A DNA stretch of 48,750 nucleotides, the filler included, from an uncultured virus (IMG/VR IMGVR_UViG_2061766007_001580) (taxonomy: Duplodnaviria > Heunggongvirae > Uroviricota > Caudoviricetes). It is 3 parts of one record of this genome, joined end to end, with 100 filler letters (N's around TTAATTAATTAA, not from the genome) between each part and the next. Parts side by side here need not be neighbours in the genome. Positions count along the whole stretch, not along the records: positions 5,632 to 36,609 come from IMGVR_UViG_2061766007_001580; 2 more parts are not named here. One strand, given 5' to 3'. The notes below the pieces were generated by a model that saw nothing but the letters and a program-made list of their open reading frames with translations, was not told where the DNA came from and did no database searches. Below are positions 26,465 through 34,972 of this stretch, piece after piece (the first letter of the stretch is position 1; each line of letters opens with the position of its first letter). Both the position numbers and the translations under genes were made by a program.

Positions 26465-27344
26465 ATGGACGAAGTAACTCATACTATCCTCGAACAGCCA
26501 AACGGTGGTTTTGGTGGACTCGGTTCAGGCTTTGTTGGCGGTATCATTGGCGGTATGCTTTTTGGTAACGGTGGTTATGGTTTCGGTGGCGGTGCTAATC
26601 GTGGTGCTATCGGCTACGATACTGGTGCTATCAACGGTATGGCTAACCAACTCAATACCATTTCAGGTCAGATTGCAAATGCTGATAGAGATCTGCTCAT
26701 GCAAACTGCTAACAGCAATCAGTTCGTTGGCAATCTCGTGAACAACACTGGTGACGCTATCGTTAGCTCAATCAACTCTAACGCTCGTGATATTCAAGCT
26801 GGTATCTTCCAAAACACTTTAACTCAGACTCAAAATCAAGGTGCTACTAACCTCGCTATGTGTCAGGGTTTTGGTGGTGTTAATAGCTCNNNNNNNNNNT
26901 GTTAGCTCAATCAACTCTAACGCTCGTGATATTCAAGCTGGTATCTTTCAAAACACTTTAACTCAGACTCAGAATCAGGGTGCTACTAACCTCGCTATGT
27001 GTCAGGGTTTTGGTGGTGTTAATAGCTCTATCGACAAGGGTGTTGGGGTTCTCAATAGTTCAATTCTCGAACAGTCTTATGAAGCACGTTTACAGGCTCA
27101 ACAGCTTGCATCACAACAGCAGGCATGTTGCTGTGAAGTAAAGCAGGCAGTCGAACGTGAGGGTTGTCTGAACAGAGAACTTCAACGTGAGATTCAGTAC
27201 GAAAATACTCGTGATGAACTCGCTCAGTCTCGTAATCGTGAAACTGTACTTGCAAATCAGTTGTTCACTCAAAACGTTGTTAATAATGCCGTTGCAAACA
27301 TTATCACTGCGTTAAAGCCTGCAACTACTACTGCTGGTGCTTAG
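26465..27344 (+). CDS. Gly/Asn/Gln-rich protein with ACCCE motif, function unknown (two overlapping fragments)
   Basis: SD GAGGTG, Gly-zipper N-terminus, QQQACCCEVKQAVEREGC, coiled-coil tail; codon usage like MCP; terminator at 27360-27395. Confidence 0.8.
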
Positions 27345-27668
27345 TATCTAACTGTACCAAAGGGCGGTGTTACATGGACGTTGATCCGCCCTTTTNNNNN
27401 NNNNNCTCAGCGTTGTTGGCTTACAAAGTATTGCAAACCAAGTAAATTGTGGTAAAATCTCTCATATGTTTTTTGGGAGATTTTTATGTTGGTAGTATTT
27501 GAAGGTGCTGATGGCTGTGGAAAGACCACGGCCATTTCGTATATAAACGAAAAGGTTAATGCACATTATCCTTGCAAGGTCTTAAACGATTGGTGCGGTG
27601 ACAAAGGTTTGGAAATAAAATCTGAGTTTGTCAGCAACCCAAATCTGACAGACAGTGANNNNNNNNNN

Positions 27669-27950
27669 CATAATGCTGAAACAAACAAAGAACACGATTG
27701 CGACTATACTAAGAACAAAGATTGGGAGTATATGAAGCACTGTAACGAGGTTGATGAACACAGACCTGCTACATGGGCTAAATATCCTGCCACAATTACA
27801 GGGGCAAACGACATTATTAAAATGGAGTTTGATGAACTTATGAAAGACGCAAAAGACGGCAATATGAAAGATTGGGAAACAAACCTTTACCACCTTTCCG
27901 TTGCCACCTTAAATGCGTGGAGAATCCTAAATAATGAGAAACGATTATAA
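27669..27950 (+). CDS. hypothetical helical protein (5' truncated)
   Basis: Open frame HNAETNKEH...LYHLSVATLNAWR; stop overlaps next start. Confidence 0.65.
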   Translation, partial: HNAETNKEHDCDYTKNKDWEYMKHCNEVDEHRPATWAKYPATITGANDIIKMEFDELMKDAKDGNMKDWETNLYHLSVATLNAWRILNNEKRL

Positions 27951-28491
27951 TGCTCTGACAAATCAGCTAACTTCTGCTTTAAATCCACAACAGGATTATG
28001 CTAATATCCAACTAAATGCACAGCAGGGAACTCTCGGTTTAAGACAGTTGTCTAAATTTAACATTGTCTCTGCTTTCAAAGATAGTGACGGCAAACAATG
28101 GCGTTTAGTAAAATCAGCTAACGATTCAAGCGTTGAAATTCCTGATCCGTCTTTTGTTCAAGTAACAGACTATTGGAATCACGAATTTCCAAATTCCAAC
28201 GGCAAGGTTTTTATCTACGTTGTGGAAGGTATAAAGAAACCTAGAATTGAAACAGAAGCTCCTGTCAGGGTGTTATATCAGTGGTTCTCAACCAAAAACA
28301 ACCCTCAGTTCACCCCACAGATTATCTCGGCTAATGAGTGGCATAGAGCTAATGTTTATACCGCACCTATTTCTGATAGTCGTGTAAGCAAACTCTCTGC
28401 TTTGTGTGGGGTTGAATATGCAGGCGTAATCGACAATCCTTCACAATCAACAGAACAAGAACCTGATATTGACTTATCATTACTGGGGTAA
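27934..28491 (+). CDS. hypothetical protein
   Basis: 185-aa ORF, SD GGAG. Confidence 0.8.
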   Translation: MRNDYNALTNQLTSALNPQQDYANIQLNAQQGTLGLRQLSKFNIVSAFKDSDGKQWRLVKSANDSSVEIPDPSFVQVTDYWNHEFPNSNGKVFIYVVEGIKKPRIETEAPVRVLYQWFSTKNNPQFTPQIISANEWHRANVYTAPISDSRVSKLSALCGVEYAGVIDNPSQSTEQEPDIDLSLLG

Positions 28492-28494
28492 AAC

Positions 28495-28707
28495 ATGAGC
28501 CAAAAACAAGACAAAGAATTTCAATATCTCTTGGAATGTGTAGAAAGAAACACTCAAGAACTTGTAAAACAAAAGCCTAACAAAGCTCAGATAACCTCTT
28601 TTATAAAGCAAAAAGGCTGGGCTTTAATGACTGGTGACGATAGTTCACAGAACATTGTTGATATATGTTCAGCGTTGTTGGCTTACAAAGTATTGCAAAC
28701 CAAGTAA
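28495..28707 (+). CDS. hypothetical protein
   Basis: 70-aa ORF tightly coupled to upstream gene; 3' end repeated at 27406-27445. Confidence 0.75.
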   Translation: MSQKQDKEFQYLLECVERNTQELVKQKPNKAQITSFIKQKGWALMTGDDSSQNIVDICSALLAYKVLQTK

Positions 28708-28750
28708 ATTGTGATAAAATCTCTCATATGTTTTAAGGGAGATTTTTTGT

Positions 28751-29583
28751 ATGTTCGTAGTTTTTGAAGGTGCTGATGGCTGTGGAAAGACCACGGCCAT
28801 TTCGTATATAAANNNNNNNNNNATCTTAAATGATTGGTGCGGTGACAAGGGCTTGGAAATAAAATCTGAGTTTGTCAGCAACCCAAATCTGACAGACAGT
28901 GACAGAGTAAAGATTGTTAATTTTTGCAGAGCAGGTGCTTTACAACAAGTTCTGTCTGAATTACCTAAATCTCATGTTCTATATGATCGTTTTATCCTCT
29001 CAACTTATGCGTATCAGTCAACTCTCGGAATTGGCACTCTGCCTGTATTCGAGGTTGCTCAATCAATTAACATTTCGCTAAAAGAGTTGCCTTATGCCCC
29101 ATTATTTGTAATGATAAACGGTGGTGATTACGCCACTCAACAGTCNNNNNNNNNNAATTGGTACTCTGCCTGTATTCGAGGTTGCTCAATCAATTAACAT
29201 CTCGTTAAAAGATTTACCTTACGCCCCATTATTTGTAATGATAAACGGTGGTGATTACGCCACTCAACAGTCTCGTATAAACAATCGTGACAAGGTAAAA
29301 GATGTGTTCGACAGTCTTCCTAGCGAGCGTTATAACAAACTGCAATCGTTTTTTAATGTTTCCGCNNNNNNNNNNGGACGTATTTGACAGCCTTCCTAGC
29401 GAGCGTTATAACAAACTGCAATCGTTTTTTAATGTTTCCGCAAGAAAAGTGTTGACACTACATTATAAAAATGCTAAGATAATCACTGTCAACAATACAG
29501 GTTCATTAGATGATTTTCATGCTCAGTTGGATAGAATTGTTGACATAATTTTAAACAACGAAGGAGAAAATTATGAGAGTTAG
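28751..29583 (+). CDS. tmk: thymidylate (dTMP) kinase (fragments; extra allele start at 27486-27658)
   Basis: P-loop FEGADGCGKTT and DRFILSTYAYQ motif. Confidence 0.9.
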
Positions 29584-30034
29584 CACAGACTTAGATTTTA
29601 CGGATATGCTTAAAGATCCGTTGCCAGCAGGCACATATGTTCTTGAATACGAACGTGATGGGTTTTCAAACTCAAACAACATCATTGACATTCACTGCAA
29701 GGTTGTATCATGCGAAGAACACCCTGAAACAGTTGGTCAGACATGCAAAATTCAGACTTGTTACAGTAGTACCAACAAGCGAGTAGTGGCAATCGGTAAC
29801 TCAATCCGTAATCAAGTGTTTAAGGCTTGTATAGGAAAGAAACTGTTTGACGCTGAAACGCAAAAGGGCGGTATCGACACCACTAAATTGTATGGCTTAC
29901 AGTTTCAGTGCTACGTTGATGTTAAGCAGACTGCGTTTGGTTTTAACGCTGAAAAGAACAACTTTAAGTCATTCAAGTGCATCTATGACGAAGAACAGTT
30001 GTTGGAAATTGCAAAAACACGCTTTCCTGTTTAA
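29573..30034 (+). CDS. hypothetical protein, possibly DUF669/SSB-like
   Basis: SD AAGGAG, N-terminal DPLPAGTY motif. Confidence 0.6.
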   Translation: MRVSTDLDFTDMLKDPLPAGTYVLEYERDGFSNSNNIIDIHCKVVSCEEHPETVGQTCKIQTCYSSTNKRVVAIGNSIRNQVFKACIGKKLFDAETQKGGIDTTKLYGLQFQCYVDVKQTAFGFNAEKNNFKSFKCIYDEEQLLEIAKTRFPV

Positions 30035-30109
30035 TTAGGACTTGCTTATTAGCCACGGCTAAAATCATGTATAATAGCATTATGTTTACTGTTATTACGA
30101 GGTTTTACC

Positions 30110-30664
30110 GTGGCTTTTATCGTTGAAGACGGCTCTAATGTCGAGAACGCAAATGCGTATGTATCTGTAGAGTACGCTGATGCTTATTTTACCGACCGAG
30201 GTAATGACGCTTGGTTGGCTTTAACTACAGAACAAAAACAGCAACGCATTGTCGTTGCAACTCAATACATTGACACTCGTTGGTACGGTGAGTTCAAGGG
30301 TAGATATGCCTACGATGAACAATCTTTAGAGTTTCCGAGAGACGCATGGATCAGAGAACAGGAAGATCCTGAAACCCACAAAATTGTCAGTGTTCCTTAT
30401 ATGCCATCACCTTTATTAAAGGCTTGCTGTGAATACGCTATCAATGTTGATGAAGAAACCATGTCTCTTGCAGGCAATTTTGAAACATCAGAAACAGGCG
30501 GTGCAATTAAGCGTAAAAAGGAACAGGTTGGTACTTTACAGACTGATACTGAATACTTTTCATCAAGTACAGAACAAGGCTCTATTTGGGCTGTTTATAC
30601 GCTGGCTGACAGCTTAATGAAACCATTGCTCAAAGGTTTTGTTTGGAGATGTTATAGGGCTTAA
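30110..30664 (+). CDS. head-tail adaptor (DnaT-like family)
   Basis: IVEDGS...ANAYVSVEYADAYF.DRG, QSLEFPR, KACCEYA, KKEQVG. Confidence 0.9.
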   Translation: MAFIVEDGSNVENANAYVSVEYADAYFTDRGNDAWLALTTEQKQQRIVVATQYIDTRWYGEFKGRYAYDEQSLEFPRDAWIREQEDPETHKIVSVPYMPSPLLKACCEYAINVDEETMSLAGNFETSETGGAIKRKKEQVGTLQTDTEYFSSSTEQGSIWAVYTLADSLMKPLLKGFVWRCYRA

Positions 30665-30666
30665 TC

Positions 30667-31083
30667 ATGGCTAAGAAAGAAGACTATATAAAGTATGTAA
30701 ATCTTGCTAAAAAGTTGATAAACAAGTACGGCACAGAATTAACCGTGACTTGCGGTATCGACTGCTATGACGAAGATAAACCATACAAACCTGCAAAGAC
30801 AAAAGAAGTAGAATACACAACAGTTGGCGTGGTTATGCCACCTGTTCGTGGTATCTACTTTCAGGGTACACGTTTTGGTGAACACTCAGAATTTTTTAAT
30901 GGCGTTTTAGACGATAAAATGTCATGCTTTTTACTTCCTGTTTATGACGATAATGGTGTAGCAGTCGATTTAACTTTGGCTACTCATGTGACAAACAATG
31001 GGGTTAAGTACAAGGTGTTCTTCTGCGATGCTATGCAACCTGCACAACGTGTAATTATGTTCTCTTATGGTTTAGGAAGATAA
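30667..31083 (+). CDS. head closure / head-tail joining protein
   Basis: LAKKLINKYG motif, synteny. Confidence 0.75.
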   Translation: MAKKEDYIKYVNLAKKLINKYGTELTVTCGIDCYDEDKPYKPAKTKEVEYTTVGVVMPPVRGIYFQGTRFGEHSEFFNGVLDDKMSCFLLPVYDDNGVAVDLTLATHVTNNGVKYKVFFCDAMQPAQRVIMFSYGLGR

Positions 31084-31085
31084 TT

Positions 31086-31502
31086 ATGACAATTCTTGAC
31101 GCTACTGACTATATGAAAGAGCTGTTTACTGAATACTGGGTGAAAGAGAAAAAGTTACGTTGTTCTTTTCAGAATATTCTTACTGCTACTCCTAGAGAGG
31201 ATGAGGCTTTTGCTGTATTCAGGGTAAATCATTATACTGCAAACAGAGCGAGTTTTAATGGGTTGAATAAAACTAAATACCGTCAACAAGGTTATCTGAA
31301 TATCGACATATATGTGCCTTACAATGACGGTATGGACAATGCTTATGCACTTGCACAAGATGTATTAAATATTTACCGCAGACCACCTCACACATGTCAG
31401 ATTAACTTTTCGTATTTCGGTTTAACTGAAACAGATACTTTGTACAAGAACTTTTTTAAGGTGCAGGTATCAGTAAAGTTTGATTACGACTACCATTTCT
31501 AG
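31086..31502 (+). CDS. tail terminator protein
   Basis: YRQQGYLNIDIYVP...G; V.V.F.YD C-terminus; precedes tail tube. Confidence 0.8.
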   Translation: MTILDATDYMKELFTEYWVKEKKLRCSFQNILTATPREDEAFAVFRVNHYTANRASFNGLNKTKYRQQGYLNIDIYVPYNDGMDNAYALAQDVLNIYRRPPHTCQINFSYFGLTETDTLYKNFFKVQVSVKFDYDYHF

Positions 31503-31567
31503 GTTTTTTAGAAATGTAGTATAATAATTGAGTTAAATTTTTCTTTTGGCTAAAAGGATATAATTAA

Positions 31568-33193
31568 ATGACTAATGTTTTAAAAATCGACAGTTCTTCT
31601 GTTGGCCTTTATATGGCTAAGGAAGAATCTATCAACGTTTTGCCTGAAAATCCAGTATGGCAACAACTTGAACCTTCTGAAATCGGTGACGTAGGTGGTG
31701 AAACTACTCAGACCTCTCGTACCATTATCCGCCCTGACAGACAGAATAGCCGTGGTGCTATTACTGATTTAAGTGCAAGTGCTGACTTCACTCAGGAACT
31801 TTCTCAAAACAACGCTCTTGAGTTGTTTCAGGGTTTCTGTTTCGCACAGGCACATGAACCGTTTACAACTAAGCCTCTTAATACAGCAGGCACTACAGTT
31901 GCGTGTTCTGCCGATACCTACACTTTAACCGATGCAACTTTCGATACTTCAAGTGTTGGTGCTGACTCTCTTATCTATGCTCACGGCTTTACNNNNNNNN
32001 NNNNNNNNNNNNNNNNNNNNNNNNNNNNNNNNNNNNNNNNNNNNNNNNNNNNNNNNNNNNNNNNNNNNNNNNNNNNNNNNNNNNNNNNNNNNNNNNNNNN
32101 NNNNNNNNNNNNNNNNNNNNNNNNNNNNNNNNNNNNNNNNNNNNNNNNNNNNNNNNNNNNNNNNNNNNNNNNNNNNNNNNNNNNNNNNNNNNNNNNNNNN
32201 NNNNNNNNNNNNNNNNNNNNNNNNNNNNNNNNNNNNNNNNNNNNNNNNNNNNNNNNNNNNNNNNNNNNNNNNNNNNNNNNNNNNNNNNNNNNNNNNNNNN
32301 NNNNNNNNNNNNNNNNNNNNNNNNNNNNNNNNNNNNNNNNNNNNNNNNNNNNNNNNNNNNNNNNNNNNNNNNNNNNNNNNNNNNNNNNNNNNNNNNNNNN
32401 NNNNNNNNNNNNNNNNNNNNNNNNNNNNNNNNNNNNNNNNNNNNNNNNNNNNNNNNNNNNNNNNNNNNNNNNNNNNNNNNNNNNNNNNNNNNNNNNNNNN
32501 NNNNNNNNNNNNNNNNNNNNNNNNNNNNNNNNNNNNNNNNNNNNNNNNNNNNNNNNNNNNNNNNNNNNNNNNNNNNNNNNNNNNNNNNNNNNNNNNNNNN
32601 NNNNNNNNNNNNNNNNNNNNNNNNNNNNNNNNNNNNNNNNNNNNNNNNNNNNNNNNNNNNNNNNNNNNNNNNNNNNNNNNNNNNNNNNNNNNNNNNNNNN
32701 NNNNNNNNNNNNNNNCAACGCTAACGAAGTTTACCTCGCATGTCTCAGCACCGTGTCTCACGACCCTGAAAAGACTGCACCAAATGAAATGTTTGCGTTT
32801 ATGACTAGCGGTAATATCAGCATTAACAACAACACCAATGAAAATAAGGCTGTTGGCTGTCTCGGAGCGTTTGACATCTCAGCTGGAAAGTTCGATTGTT
32901 CGGCCTCGCCTTCTGTTTTTCTAACCTCAGTAGATTCTATCGAAGCATTAAAAAAGAACACCGATGTAGGTATGCAGATTATTCTGTCTCGTAATAACGA
33001 AGGTGTTGCTTTTGATATTCCTATGATGGGTATGGGATCAGGTATCCCTAGTGTGTCAGATGGTGAACCGCTGATGATGGACTTAACCGCTAACGGTGCA
33101 AAGAGTAAGTATGGTTATACTTTTGCTATGCAGAACTTCCCATATTTACCTGATGTAGCTATGGCGAGTGATATGACTGGTTTCAGTGATTAG
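31568..33193 (+). CDS. major tail tube protein (gap largely filled by fragment 35977-36609)
   Basis: IDSSSVGL..A.E.S...LP..PVW..LEP, RQNSRG.ITDL.AS, AVG.LGAFDISAG.F. Confidence 0.88.
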   Translation: MTNVLKIDSSSVGLYMAKEESINVLPENPVWQQLEPSEIGDVGGETTQTSRTIIRPDRQNSRGAITDLSASADFTQELSQNNALELFQGFCFAQAHEPFTTKPLNTAGTTVACSADTYTLTDATFDTSSVGADSLIYAHGFXXXXXXXXXXXXXXXXXXXXXXXXXXXXXXXXXXXXXXXXXXXXXXXXXXXXXXXXXXXXXXXXXXXXXXXXXXXXXXXXXXXXXXXXXXXXXXXXXXXXXXXXXXXXXXXXXXXXXXXXXXXXXXXXXXXXXXXXXXXXXXXXXXXXXXXXXXXXXXXXXXXXXXXXXXXXXXXXXXXXXXXXXXXXXXXXXXXXXXXXXXXXXXXXXXXXXXXXXXXXXXXXXXXXXXXXXXXXXXXXXXNANEVYLACLSTVSHDPEKTAPNEMFAFMTSGNISINNNTNENKAVGCLGAFDISAGKFDCSASPSVFLTSVDSIEALKKNTDVGMQIILSRNNEGVAFDIPMMGMGSGIPSVSDGEPLMMDLTANGAKSKYGYTFAMQNFPYLPDVAMASDMTGFSD

Positions 33194-33210
33194 TTGATGT
33201 CGTAACAAAC

Positions 33211-33240
33211 AAAGGCTAGGTAGAAATATCTAGCCTTTTA
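33211..33240 (+). terminator. intrinsic terminator
   Basis: AAAGGCTAGGTA/TATCTAGCCTTT stem plus T-rich tail. Confidence 0.75.
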
Positions 33241-33309
33241 TTTTGTTTTTCAAACTGTGATATAATGATTTTTGTTATAAGTTTATTCACACAAATAGAG
33301 GTCAATTAA

Positions 33310-33822
33310 ATGGGCGGTTTATTAGCTAAATACCTTACCGATAAGAACGCTGAAAAGTCAGGCGTTTGGGTTACTTACACTGAACTTATGAACGATGATA
33401 ATACTTACCCTGCGTTCTGCGTAAAGCGTATCAGCACCAACAACGTTGCGTATCAGGCAAAAGTAACTCCTGAATTACAGAAGTTATCAGCTTTACAGAA
33501 AAGAATCGAAAGCAAGCCTGATGATACAAAGGCAATCTCTGAATTAGCAGGCATCTCAAAGCGACTTGCAACTATTTTCGTTGATGAAATCCTTGTTGGC
33601 TGGCGTGACTTAAAGCAGAGTGCAAGCGTTGATGAAAATGGTGCAACTATCTGTGATGTTGACGGTGTACCTGTATGTGAGGAAGTTCCTTACTCAAAGG
33701 ACACTGCAAGAGAACTGTTAGGCGATCCTGATTTTGCCGAAGTATTAAGATGGCTCATGGATCAAAGTTCTGAAATCAGTAACTTTCTTGTTGCGAATAG
33801 GCAAAAGGATTTAAACTCTTAA
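33310..33822 (+). CDS. tail assembly chaperone (gpG-like)
   Basis: TD.NAEK.GVW, ILVGW, PYS...A..LL motifs; follows tail tube. Confidence 0.85.
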   Translation: MGGLLAKYLTDKNAEKSGVWVTYTELMNDDNTYPAFCVKRISTNNVAYQAKVTPELQKLSALQKRIESKPDDTKAISELAGISKRLATIFVDEILVGWRDLKQSASVDENGATICDVDGVPVCEEVPYSKDTARELLGDPDFAEVLRWLMDQSSEISNFLVANRQKDLNS

Positions 33823-34217
33823 TCGAGTTTTTTGATTACGGTTACAAGCACAGCTCAAAAGAGCATAAAAACCTTGAAAGAGCTGTGTCTATGGCCAAAA
33901 GGTTTGGTCAAAAAGTAAGTTTAAATGTGCAGGCAAAGTTAGAGCAAAACGCACCTGATTTACCACAACATTTATTACTGTTTTTTCAAGCCTTTAAAGA
34001 TTTAAGTTCCCAACGTGCTATTGGCTTTTCAATAGGTTATATACCGTATATTGATATTGTAACGTATGCAAGACTGTACGGGTTTTCAGAAGAACTAGAG
34101 GAAGATTTGGTGTTTTATGTTCGTGGTTTAGACGAACATTATATCCAGCTTGTGAACGATGAAAACACAAAACAGCAGGAACGATTAAAATCAAAAAACT
34201 CGCAATCTCATAAATAA
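33810..34217 (+). CDS. -1 frameshift extension of tail chaperone (gpGT-like)
   Basis: Slippery T TTA AAC at 33810-33816 in frame; -1 frame open to 34217; AF.DLSSQR.IG...GYIP motif. Confidence 0.85.
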   Translation, partial: FKLLIEFFDYGYKHSSKEHKNLERAVSMAKRFGQKVSLNVQAKLEQNAPDLPQHLLLFFQAFKDLSSQRAIGFSIGYIPYIDIVTYARLYGFSEELEEDLVFYVRGLDEHYIQLVNDENTKQQERLKSKNSQSHK

Positions 34218-34273
34218 GGGGTGATTTTGTATCACCTCTTTTTTCGTTTATAATGACACAATCGAGGTGGCAT

Positions 34274-34963
34274 ATGAGTGATATTGATATACGACTGCAC
34301 ATTGAGTTTGATGGTGATACATACATCAAGCAGATGTCCTCGTTAGATGAAAAATTAGATGAATTGCACAGACTAGGAAGTTTTAATAAAAGACTTAAAG
34401 TTGGTGGTAGAAAAAACGTAAGTAAAAAATATATCCAACAATTTAAAAGCCTTCTTGCTGATGAAGTCATAGACATAGCCGTACAGATAGCGTATGAACT
34501 GATTAGCGGTACTGGTGGTACAACAGGTAATACAGCAAGTGCGTGGACTGTATCATTATCAAAAGCAGGACTTGGTTATCAAGGTTATTTGGGTAACAAC
34601 CCTGAATCGTATTATGGCGTATGGAAAGAAGCTATTTTACAAAAAACAAGTTTTGTTGACGAGGGTAGATCTGAGGCTGAAAATCGTTTGTCAGGCGTGG
34701 AAGGCGATCTTCAAGGCTCTATGCGTTCTAACTACACCATACATATAAGCAACTGTGCTATGGTTGATGAAGGTGATGTTCAAGGTTTTAGAGGTCGTAC
34801 AGTTCGTATAGGCGGTGAACATTACGCCACAGAAGTTATGGGTGGTGCAGGTATTGAAAAATCTTCGATACAAGATCCTGAGCAATTTGCATTAAATTAT
34901 TTTAATGAACAAATGAAAAATGCAATTAGGCGAGTTAGATATGCTTTAAGAAATAGGAAATAG
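34274..34963 (+). CDS. tail completion / neck protein (HK97 gp10-like)
   Basis: SD GAGGTGG before ATG 34274; T..TTG.TAS.W.VS motif. Confidence 0.6.
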   Translation: MSDIDIRLHIEFDGDTYIKQMSSLDEKLDELHRLGSFNKRLKVGGRKNVSKKYIQQFKSLLADEVIDIAVQIAYELISGTGGTTGNTASAWTVSLSKAGLGYQGYLGNNPESYYGVWKEAILQKTSFVDEGRSEAENRLSGVEGDLQGSMRSNYTIHISNCAMVDEGDVQGFRGRTVRIGGEHYATEVMGGAGIEKSSIQDPEQFALNYFNEQMKNAIRRVRYALRNRK

Positions 34964-34972
34964 AGGTAAGAT

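Noticed and set aside
26117..27658. Chimeric ORFs 25955-26260, 26121-26360 and 27486-27950
   Set aside because: They join unrelated fragments across N gaps (pieces of the 29573 gene and of tmk)
11270..29600. Tandem duplications and apparent frameshifts in dut, endolysin, terL, scaffold, MCP and tmk
   Set aside because: Every break coincides with a 10-N join and the copies differ mostly by synonymous SNPs: strain-variant assembly artefacts, not pseudogenes or introns
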